A stretch of 64,000 nucleotides of DNA from Christensenellales bacterium. Its GTDB lineage: Bacteria > Bacillota > Clostridia > Christensenellales > Aristaeellaceae. The DNA lies in the NCBI GenBank assembly GCA_040768845.1, contig JAXGME010000004.1, positions 106,771-170,770 of the forward strand. The letters run 5' to 3'. The notes beneath the pieces are model-generated. The model was not told the origin of the DNA. It saw only the letters and a program-made list of their open reading frames with translations, and made no database searches. The position numbers and the translations under genes were made by a program. Positions within the stretch are counted from its first letter, which is position 1. Every line of letters starts with the position of its first letter. Shown piece after piece: positions 21,001 through 33,000 of this stretch.

Positions 21001-24000
21001 CGCCCCGGCATTCATGACCATCGGCGGCAGCGCGGCCATCGGCAGCTACGGCTACCAGCAGGTGCGGACGGAGATCCTCAACCTGTTGGACGCTTCCGCT
21101 TACGGCGCCGCGGTGATGGTGGGCTTTGCCTACGCTCAGGGCGAATTCAACGCGCGCCTTGCCGTGACGGACGGCCCAGCCGCCGTTGACATCAACGCGG
21201 CCAGCATCACCGTGGAGAGCATCTACACCGCCGCCGCCGTCAGCCGCGTGACGCCTTCCGCGGGCGGCGTGAGCCTTTCTGTGGCGAGCGCCAAGGCCAA
21301 TGCCGCCGTGGCGCTGGTGAGCGTGAGCGCCACCGCGGCCATTGACGGAACCGGCGCGCTGAGCGCGGGCCAGGTGACGGTTCTGACCCAGGGTGTCGCC
21401 AGTTCCCTGGCGGAAGTGCTGACGCCGAAGTATCAAGTCGGCGTGGCGACCGTCGCCGTCAACGCGATCCTCTCCAAGCTCTCCGCGCGCCAGAAGGCCT
21501 ACATCCTGGGCGTTAGCATCATCAATGCCTCCAGCGTCACCGTGCGCTCCGAGCTCAACAAGGGCAAGACCACCGGCGCTTCCGCCAAGCTTCACGCCAC
21601 CGGCGCGGGCGTCAGCGTGGGCCTTCTGGACGTGCGCGCCAACATCGCGGTGGCACTTTCGGATTCCGAGAGCATTGCCTTCGTGGTGGGCGTTCCGATC
21701 AGCGGCGGCGCGCTGCTCATCCAGTCCGATGCGTCTTCCATTGCCGAGGCAAAGATTGATACGGCTTCCTTCGGCGCGGCGGCTGTCAGCCTTGGGCTCA
21801 ACGCGCTGTACGCCTACGCAAACGGGGACTTCCGCGCCTACGCGGTGACGGCGGGCGCGGCGATGAACCCGGCGTCGCTGGCCGTTCAGGTGAACCATAC
21901 GGCCACGTCCGAAGCCGATACCACCCAGTCGCCCGTGAGCGCGGCCTTCTCCGCAGTCAGCGCCAAGACCAACCTGGCCGTGGCGGTGACGGGCCTCGTC
22001 GCCGAGGCCGCCATTCTGGGCGACGCCCTCCGCCTGGTGGCGGACGGCATCCTGGATCAGGCGACCCTCTCCGCCTATGGGCTGAATGGGGTGGGCGGAT
22101 CGGTCAGCGCCGCCACGGTGGACGTTCTGGTTGCGGGCATCGCGGCGGCCACCACGACGGTGGCGCAGGCGGCGATGGAACTGAATTACGCCAGCGTGGG
22201 CGTCAACGTGCTGATTTCCAGGCTGACGGCCGTTCAGAACGCCGTCATTTCCGGCGCGACGATCTCCGGCGGCGCGGTCACCGTTCGCTCCACCTTGAAC
22301 GCCGGCGGCACCGGCAGCGCGCGGGCCATGCTTTCCGGCAGCAAAGTCAACATCAGCCTGTACGATGGCAAGGCCAACGCGGTGTACGCGCTGGCGGACG
22401 CGGCCAGCATCGCCTGCATTGACCAGAGCGCCATTGATCTGACCGGCGCGCTCCAGGTACTCTCCGAAGGCAGCAGCCTTGCGGGTGCGGGCGTGGTCCA
22501 AGGTTCGGGCCTCGGCCTTGTGGCGGTGGGTTTGACCATCGTGGAGGCCGACGCCAGCGGCGACTTCCGGGCCGATATTCAGACGGCCGCGGACAAACCG
22601 GTCAAGGCGGCGTCCATCCGGGTCGGCGCGAATTACACTGCCCTGGCACAGGCCGCGACCACCCAGGCGGCGGGCGGCGTATCCGGCAGTCTGGTATCCG
22701 GCGATACCAACATGGCCACGGCAAAGGTCACGAACCGGGCCAGAGCGGCGGTCACCGGGGGTGGCGGCGTTTGGGTTACGGGTGATATGATCGTCAGCGC
22801 CATCGGAACCGCCGTCGCGCTGGCCGTGGTGGAAGAACCCACCGCTTCGCTGAGCGGAATCTCGGTGGTGGCGAATGTGCTGAGCGCGGTCCTCGCTTCC
22901 GAGCAGAAGGCGTATATTGCCGGCGGGCAGATCAAGGCCGGCAGGGTGAATGTGGTTTCCGAATACAACAAGGGAGCCCCGTCCAGCGCCAGCGGCGGCG
23001 CCACCGCGGCGCTGCGCGGCACGGGTTCCGGCGTGTCCCTCCATTTTGTCAATGTCGGCGTCAACACCGCCGCCGCCGCCGTGCGCGCCGTCAGCGCCGC
23101 CTACATTTCCGGCGCGGACATCCTTGCCGGCACGGGCGCCGTGACCGTCACATCCGACGCCACCAGCCTGGCTTCGGCGCTCGTGGAGCAGAGCAGCTCG
23201 GCGGGCTACGCGGCCTTTGGCGTCACCACAGTGAACGCCGCCGCGGACGGTACCTTCCTGGCCTACCTTGCGGCAAACGGCGCCAGCGTGAACGCCGCGT
23301 CGCTCACCATTGCAAATCATTACAGGGCCAAGGCGGACGCCGCGACGGCCCAGTCCTCCGGGAGCGTCGAGCATTCGGTGCTCTCCGGAAGGACAAACGC
23401 CGCCACGGCGAAGGTGGGGACCTGGGCCGAGGCCCAGGTGTACGGCGCGGAGCAGTCCGGCGTGATTGACGGCAGCCTCACCATCGCCGGCGCGCTGACC
23501 GTGACAGTCACCGGCATCGCGGCGGCGCGGGCCGAGGTCGCGCAGCCGACGGTTTCGCTGGCCGGCATTTCAATCACCGCCAACATCCTCGACGCATCGC
23601 TGAAGTCCTACCAGCGCGCGCGCATCTCCGGCGTGGGGCTCAGGGCGGGCAGCGTGGCGGTTGCTTCCAATTGCAACCAGGGTGCCGAAAACAGCGCCGA
23701 TGGCGGCGCCACCGCGGTGCTGCGCGGCACCGGCATCGGCGGAGCGGGCGCGTTCAAGCTTACGCTGGTGGGCGCGGAGGTCAATACCGCCATTGCCCTG
23801 GCCGATGCGACCAGCATCGCCGCCCTGGAGTACGCCAACGTGCTCGCGGGCACCGGCGCCCTGTCGATCCGCTCCAACGGCACCAGCCTGGCCTGGGCGG
23901 GCGTGGAGCAGGCCTCTGGGGTGGGCCTCGCCACCTTTGGCGTCACCATCGTAAAGGCCGACGCCAACGGCAGCTACGCCGCCTGCCTGGATGCCTCCGG

Positions 24001-27000
24001 CGCCGATGTGAACGCCGCCTCGCTGACCATTGAAAACAGCTACACCGCGAAGGCCAACGCGGAAACGGCCCAGTCCACGGGCGGCGGCGTAAACGCTTCG
24101 GCCGTTTCCGGGAAGACGAACGTGGCGAGCGCGTCGGTGGGCATCCTCGCCGTCGCGGAGCTGCGGGGCGTGCCGGGCGCGTCGGCCCACGCGGTTTCCG
24201 TCGTCGGCGCGGTCAACGTGAAGGCGGCCGGCGTCGCGCAGGCGGTGGCGCTGGTGCAGGCGCCGTTCATAGCCCTCGGCGGCATCAGCGTCGCGGCCAA
24301 CGTGGTCGGCGCCAGCCTGGCGGGAACCCAGCGGGCGCGCATCCTCGATGTCCGACTCTCGGCGGGCTCCGTGACGGTGCTGTCCGAATTCAATAAGGGC
24401 AGGACGGACGGCGCGACGGCGACGCTTACGGGCCCCGGCGCCAGCGTGACGCTGGTGGAAGTCAACATCAACTCGGCGACGGCCACGGCCGGCAATTTGG
24501 TGGCCGCGGGCGTTAAGGGCGCGGACATCAACTGCGGCGCGCTGACCGTCATGGTGGACGCCACTTCCAATGCCGTCGCCAGCACGATGAGCGGCTCGTC
24601 CGTGGGCTTTGCGGGCCTCGGCGTGACGGTGATTACCGCGCTGGCCAACGGAGTTTTCGATGCCTTTATCGAGGACTCCGCCGTGGGCGCGGGCGCCGGC
24701 GCGGTGAATGTCCAGGTGGCGCACACCTCCCGGGCGGATGCGAAGGCCGCGCAGCCCAGCGGCGGTACGATCAGCCTTTCGGGCATCAGCATCGAGGGCA
24801 ACAAGGCGACGGCCACGGTCGGCACAAAGGCCGACGCGCGCGTCACCGGCGGTTCCATCACCACCACCGGCGCGCTCACCGTCCAGATTATCGGCACCGC
24901 CACGGCGCATGCGCAGATCCAGGGCGAGAGGCTTTCCATTTCGGTCGGCAGCATCGCCGTCAACCTGGTGCGGGCCGACGTCGCGGCGCGGCTCGGCGCC
25001 AGGATTGACCAGACTACGATCAAGGCGGGCACAGTTTCGGTGACGGTGAGCCTGAACAAGAAGGACAGAACCACGGGCGCCGTGGCGAGGGTTGGCAGCG
25101 CAGGCTCCGGAGGGGGCAGCCTCTCGCTGTTTGGCGGAAGCGCCAGCAGGGGCGACGCGCTGATTACCGCCATCGTCGCCGCGGCGGTGGCCGGCACGGC
25201 CATGGACGCCGCACAGCTCAACGTCTACGCCGACGTCAACGCCTACGCCAATGCGGATATCCTTTCGCCGAGCGGGTCGCTCAGCCTGTACAACGCCTCC
25301 GTGGTGGAGACCGCGGCCGACGCGGCCGGCAGCTACAGCGCCACCGTGGATACCACGGGGCAGGGGGGCGGTCAGGCGCTCAGCGTCGGCGGCCTCGACA
25401 TCAAGGTCACCTACTACGCCACGAGCACCGCGGCCACGGGCCCCGCGGGCGGGGTGAGCGCGAGTGTCGTCAATTCGAGCATGAACAAGGCGACCGCGCA
25501 GACGAGGCTGAGCGCCGCGGCGGGGCTTTTGGGCAGCGGCCGCCTGGAGGTGTCCGGCAACGCCAATGTCCAGGTGATCGGCCGCGCGAAGGCCGTCACG
25601 GAGGGCAGAACCTACAATCTGGGCATTTCCGGCGTCAAGATCGCCGTCAACTGGACGAGCGCCACCCTCAACGTTACCCAGAGCGCCAATGTAAAGAACA
25701 CCGGCACCATGACCATTGGCGGCACGCTGAAGATCAATTCGCAATTTGTCAGGGACGAAGGCTACGGCGGCGCGACGGCCACCACCGGCGGCGCGGGCGG
25801 CGGCAGCGTGTCGATTCTGGGCGCCACCACCAACGTGGCCAGGGCCATCGTCGCCGTGGAGATCTACGCCGGCATCACCAACGATGCGCTTGCCGTGCCC
25901 GGCCTCATCACGGCGGGTGCGGTGGACATCGACGCCTTGGCCAGTACCCTGTCCACAGCGGCGGCAAAGACGGGCTACGGGGTTTCGGTGGTTACGATCG
26001 GCAATCTGGACGCCGTCGCCATCAGCTACTCGACGGTGAAGGCATACATCCAGAACGCCCTCGTCGAAACCGCGAACAGCACATCTGTAAACGCCACGTC
26101 CGTCGCCGGCGCCAACGCCTCGAGTGAAGCGCCCGGCGGCATCGGCATTGCAAGCGGCACCAGCGCCAAGGCCAGGGCGTTTGTCGGCATGCCCGCCCCG
26201 GGCAACCTGTCGGATGACGACAGGTCGGGGCTGGACGGCCTGCTCGGGCAGAAGCCGCAGACCGTCAGCGCCTACGCGAGCGCGGCCTCCGTCACCGCGG
26301 GCGGGGATATCACGATCAGGGCCTACAACGAGGGGTATGCGGTATCCAACGTGGCGAAGGGCACGACGGTCTCCGGCGGGTCCATTTCCAGATCCTCGAT
26401 CCCGACGTTCTCGGAATACTACACCCATGCGCAGGTGCTTGGCGGCAGCGCGCTGGTCGCGGCGGGCAGCATCTCCATCACCGCCGAAGACCTTACCCAG
26501 GCGGACTCCGTGGCGAAAGGCCAGTCCATCGGCCTCATCGTAAACAGCGAAACCATGTGCGGCCGGAACTTCCAGGACGTCGTCACCCAGGTGGACATCG
26601 GCGCGTCCCTGCTCAAGGCGCGCGAGGCGCTGAACGTGCTGGCAACCTCCCGCGCGGTCATGGACGCGCAAACCGTCGCGGACGGCGGCGGCGCCTTTGA
26701 CGGCAGCAGCCTGTATGTGCACAACACCCTCTACCGCAACACCCGGGTCAGCATTCTGGACGGCGCCCATCTCGAGGCGGATTACGGAAACCTCGTCATC
26801 CAGGCGACTTCCGGCACCCGGGACTCCATCACCACGCGAGCCACCCTTTCCTCCGGCGGCGTGGTTGCGCTGGCCAAGATCCGCGGCTACACGACGGTGT
26901 CGAGCGGTGCCACCGTCAGCGTTGCGAGCGGCGCGCAGATTGTCGATACCTTCAATACCGTGCGGATCATCGCCGACGCGTCCATGAACAAGCTGTCGAC

Positions 27001-30000
27001 CGAACTGCGCGCGACCGCCGCGGGCTTGGGCGTCGCGCCCAACGTCCAGTCCAATACGAGCGTCACGATCAGGCCGCTGGTGGACATCGCGGGCTCCGCG
27101 GACAGGCGCGCGGGCATCACCGGGCGGTATGTGGAACTCCGCGGCATCACCAGCAAGCTCTACATCTACGATTACTGCTACGCCAGCGGCAAGGCGCTCG
27201 GCGCCAACGTCGTTGCGCATGTCCATCAGAATACGGACATTGATGTCGTGGTGAAGGTGTCCTTTGCCGTTATCAGGGCCTACGACGGCCTGACGATGAT
27301 CACCTCCTCCGCGCCCACCGGCGACAGCCGCAACGTGTACGCCCACTCCTCGACCAGCCTGAAGGCGATCGGCGAGTCCAACTCCAACGTGAGCATGACC
27401 TACGACAACAGCACCCGGACGGAGGTCAACACCGGCGTGGACGTGTACAGCGCGGACGTGTACATTTCGGCCGTGTCGCCCAGCGCCAACGCGGGCTACG
27501 ACCGCAGCAAGTCCGGCTTTATCGTCAAGTACCGCGGCGGCAGCCAGTCGCTGAAATCCTCGGCCGCAAGCTACATCAACTCCGGCGCGAGCTTCCACCT
27601 GGGCGACGCCGCGGCCGGCATCGTGATTGACATCTCCACCCGCAACGGCGTCACGCTGGTGCGCCAGGTGGGCCTCAAAAACGAGCGGCAAATCTGGACC
27701 ATTACTTCCGACGGCGTTCAGTTTGCCAACATCTCCAACAACCTGCCCGGCCGGATGCGGGTGCTGATGTTTACCGGCAGTACGAGTCCCTTCTTCAAGG
27801 TGTACAACCAGGAGTGGATTCCCGGGCTGACGCTGGTCAACCGGACGGACCTTGACGTGTCGTTCAAGGGCCTGGCGCTACGCAATACCAGCTTTATCGC
27901 GCCCACGGTGTCACTCACCTACCTGTCGAGCAGCTTCAGGCACAGCGGCGCTCAGGCTTCTGCCAACGCCACGCCGGCTGTCATCCTGGAGAGCCGCGCC
28001 GGCGGCGGCATCCACCTGGGCGGCTTGATCGCCAACCCCACCGGCACCGTGCGCATCCTCTTTACCGGCGAGAACCCCGGCGCGCTGACCTCCATCGGCG
28101 CGATGAGCACATCCAGCGGGCTGACAAACGTCGCCCCGATCTGGGCGCACGCGCTGACGATCTCCGGCGCAAGCAGCGTCGGCACGGCGTCAAAACCGAT
28201 CCTGGCCTTCCTGTTCGGCCTTGGCGACGAGGATCCGTCGGTCAGCGCCGTCGCCACGGGCGATATGCACATGGAACTGACGCCCGCAGAACTGAAGATG
28301 GTGGCCTCCATTCCCAACTCCCCCGACACCACCGCCCTTAAGTACAGGCTGCGCCTCGTCCAGGCGCTGACGGACGGCGTGAACGCCATCCGGCTCGGCG
28401 AGGGCCTGCGCATCTATCAGAAGGCCGGCACCTCGGTGGTGGCCATGCCGCAGCCCGGCACGCTTCTGTACCTGGTGGACGCGCTGGTGGGCCTGTCCGG
28501 CAACGTCGAACTGTCCAACCGCGACGCGCTGAACCACTACCTCGACAGCTACGATCCGGTGAGCGGCGTCTACAGCTACCAGCTGCCCAACGGCACCATG
28601 ATCTACACCGACGAGGAGGGCAGCGTGCTGCGCATCGCCGAGGGCGGCGTGGACTTTATGGTGAGCGATTTCAACTTCACGCTGAACGAGAGCGGCGCCG
28701 TCACCCAGATCAGCCTCGCGCAGGGCGTGCGCTTTGACGTGGAAAGAGGTCTGTTGTCCATCGAGGCGGGCTTCAACTTCAAGGCGCTGCTGTCGGCGAT
28801 CAAGGGCTCGTGGATCATGAACCATCTGGGCACGGGCACCGACCAGTTCACCTTCCTGTACGGCTATCAGCAGGGGAACGACGGGATCTATACGCCGCTG
28901 GAGTCGACGCTGACCCTGTGGCGCACGATCGGCAACCGCAGCTACTACTTCCTCACAAACGACACGATCACTCAGGACAAGATCTTTTCGGGGGACAGGG
29001 GCGTTTACATGCTCACCTACGACGCAACCGCCGACGTCCTTGCCGCCTACCACATTTCCTACGAAAATACGCTGGACGGCGTGGGAGACGAAGAAAATCT
29101 CATTCACTTCAAATGGGACGCTGACGATGACGATAATGCCAGGTTTGACATCACGTGGTTGAACGGATACGACAAGGATTCTCCCCCGCTGTATGGGTTG
29201 CCCGAATGGTGTGCCGAGTTGAACGGTGCGGAGTTGGTCAAGCGGGACAATCCGCAGACCTATGTTACGCATCTTCGGCTTCCGTTCTTTGAGCTGTCTC
29301 CCGACCTGTACCTGGTGTACAGAATCAGCGATGGCGTACTTTCTTATCTGTATGATGTTGAGGGGAACCCATCGTCCATGTGGAAGTCGGCCGCGCTGAG
29401 TTATTACTCCGTTGATTCCGCGGGCATTTATGTCATCGCGGCGGGCACGGAGCTGAAAAACGGCGTAAGGGTGAACGAGGACTATTTCTTCACCATTGAT
29501 TCCGGGAAGTTCACCGAAGTGGTGCGTGCACCCTACCACTACGTCGACGGTGACGGGACAAACTGGTACGGCGGCGGTACGTACTATCTGGATTCCTATG
29601 CGCCTACCCTCACTTATGCGGCAGCCGCGTCCATCTCGCTGTCCATCGGCAAGGCGGAGGGGAAGGATTACTTCCAGATTGGGTTTGACGGCGACGAGGG
29701 GGGCAATGTCACCTTTGAAGGTCCGGTGGAGGACATCCCGATCAAGGGTACCGCGTTGCCGCAGAACCACGTCCGGAACGGCAGCGGCTACCGCATTACT
29801 GCCTCCATGTACATCCACGAGGATGGTTTTGCCGTGATGTTCGCCACGGAGCGCGTTACGGATGAGAACGCGGCCAATTACGGCGAATACATCATCCCGA
29901 TGGTTTCGGGCTACGCCCGGTTTGCGGCCATGTACGACGGCGTCACCTATCGGTCGGACAAGCTGACCGCAGTCAACCTCCTCAATGCGGCCGGCGCCGC

Positions 30001-33000
30001 CGCCTTCGCGCCCATAATCACAATCCTCGGGTACGACGCAAGTACGGGCGCGATGCAGCAGGTGATGCTTGAGAGCCTGACGGGCGACGACGTCGGCAGC
30101 GTCGCCGTGGATGTGGAGGGCCGCTACTATCTGAAGACCGACGGCGGCTGGACGCTGATCGACGCCAGCAGGATTACCACCACCACACAGCACAGGACGG
30201 GGCTCATCATCAACGAGGAGCCGGAGGAAAAAGCGGACTGCGACGTGACCACCGTGACGATTGAGGGCATCCTGACCATTGAAACCACGGTGATTGCCGA
30301 AGGCACCGCGCGGGATGGCGAGATTGTGGACATCGTGTACACGCTGACGGGCAGGGACGGGACGATCGTCAGCATGCGCGGCCGCGTCGTGTTCCCCAAC
30401 GGCGCCACCGGCGCGCAGACTTCCGTCAAGCTGGCCGCGACGGAGTATCTGCTGGGCAACATCTCCGGCAGCAACGTGACCCTCGAAATGTCCGATTCCC
30501 AGGGCTCTATCCTGGACGGCAGGGCGGACGAAACCGCGCCCAACGTCAGCGCAACGGGCAACTTTGCGCTGGTCAGCGCATCTTCCGGGTCCATCGGCGC
30601 TGCGGCCAGGCCTCTGGCCATCGTCGTGGACGGCTATGTGATGTTCCGCGACCTCAGCGCCCACCGGCGGCTTGCCACGGATGCCTTCCTCAGGGCCGTG
30701 GACGGCAACCTCGCCTTTGAACCCGGAACGCGCGTCGAGGGTGCGACACTGGAGGCCGAGGCGGCGAATGGAAGCATTCTGTTTACCGACTTTGCCGCGG
30801 TCGCTTCCGCAGGCAAAGCGGCCAAGGTAACGCTGCGCGCGAGGGATAACATTACCGGAAGCCAGCGGCTGGATGTCGTGGACAGCAACGTCACCCTGAC
30901 GGCTGAAGGCGATATTACCGTGCCGGTGGTTACCGGTGCACAGGGCGCGTCCATTCAAATGGACGCGGACGGGAATGTCCGGATCGTCGCCGACGACGGA
31001 CTCAGCGTGGATCTCAACGCCAGCGCGATGGCCGTCGTCGCCGGTGGGTCCATCACGCTGGGCAATCTGCGTCTGGGCAGGGCCGCGCAGGGCGCGTCCG
31101 CCGGTTCCACCCTCAACCTGACGGCAGTGGATTTCATCCGTGCGGGGGACGCCAATCTGGACGGGAGCAAGCTTATCGCCGCCACCAATGACGGTGGCAT
31201 CACCATGGGCGCGCTGACGGGCACGTACGGCTCGGAGATCCGTCTGACGACGCATACGTACAGCGTCCTTGGCGCCGACATCCAGACCGACAGCGTGACG
31301 CTCGACGGCAGCCGGATCGTCTTTGATGCCTACAATGACATTTATATGGGCAATCTCTCCGCGGTCAACGCGTCCAACGCCCAGATCATCGCGTCGGGCA
31401 GCATAACGGCGGGCAGCGCATGGCTCAGCGCCAGTACGCTGAACGCGCTGGCGGAGAACGGCAGCATCAACATGGGCGCCGGCACGGCGCAGGAGCGCTC
31501 ATTGGTGACGCTGGACGCGGACGGCAGCATCCTGACCGGGAACGTGGAACTGTCCGAGACAAGCCGGATAGAGGCCACCGCCCAGACCGGAACCATCACC
31601 CTTGGAACCCTGACTGCCCGGCAGGCATCCAGTGCCTCGCTGGAAGCGGAGGGCGATATCCGCGCGGGCGACGTGACGCTGGCGGGGAGCACGCTGGACG
31701 CGCTGTCCCACAGCGGCGGCATCGCAACGCAGAACATCTTTGCGGAGGGTCATTCCGTTCTCGACTTTGACGCGGGCCGTGACATTCGCTTCCCGAACAT
31801 CACCGCCATGGACAGCGATATCCTCATGGACGCCGGAGGAGAGATTGCCTTCGTCCTGGCGGACTTTGTCCGCAGTTCCGTGGACATGACCACCCATGAC
31901 GACCTGGATTCGTCCACCGCCGGAGACATCACCTTTGACATCGTCGAGGGGATTGACACCGAGCTTCGCATGATCGCGGACGGCGGCGGCATCTACACCC
32001 TCAACGACTGGAGTTATCTGTACCTGCGCGGCGGATATTTCGTCACCCTTTCCGCGAGGGACGATATCGGCACCCTGGCGCGGCGGCTGATCGTAGACAT
32101 TCCCGCTGAGATGGGCCTTCGGGTGCTGGTGGTTGACAACTTCCACATCGACGCCCTGGATCTCGCCGGCGAGATCAAGTTCCTGCGCCGGCGGCCCGCC
32201 AAGGATGTGCGCGGCGGGCGCGATGAGCACGGCGTCAACCGTCTGGGCGACTGGCTCACGGGGGGCGGCATGCAGACGCTGTACCCGGCGCTGGCGGCGC
32301 AGGCACCGGATGCGCTGGCGGCCTGGCTCGCCGCGCGGAATGGCCGCGAGGTATGGTCCGCCCTCATCACCGACCAGGCCCTCAGCGCGCTGATCGCGCA
32401 GCGCGAGATTGCCAAGAGCGATCTCAAGGCGTTGCTGGTGGGCGGCGGCTTCAACACCAAGGCGTTCAACGCCGCGTATGCCGCAGGGCAGTACGATCTG
32501 CTGGCCGGGAAACTCCGGGATGCGCTGAATGTGGCGCCGCCCGCGGCGTCCGCCAAGGCCTCGGTCAGGTACGTGGACGACGCCCGCGCCCTGGACTGGC
32601 TGGCCGCCGCGATCGACGCGGGGCTTGTGGAAAACCTGGGTGAAGCGATCCACGGCAGCATGACCGCGGAAGACCTCATGGCGATTCTCGACGAGGCCTG
32701 GCGGAACGCGGACTATCAGGGCCGCATGGACACCGCGCCGGCAGACGGGCCTGCCCGCGCCTTTGTGATGACCATCGGCGAATCCTTTGGCGAGGGCCGC
32801 GTCTGGAACGCGGGGGACATTCTGATCCTGCAGCTTTCGGGCGATCTCACCGCCGCGGACATTCATTCCGACACCGGTGATGTGACGCTCGCAACGCCGG
32901 GCGGAAGCATCCTGGGTGCGGCTTCGGGCGTCGCCAACGTGCGCGGCCGCTACATCAACCTCTCCGCGGCCGGGTCCATCGGCGGCGCATCGCAGGCGCT

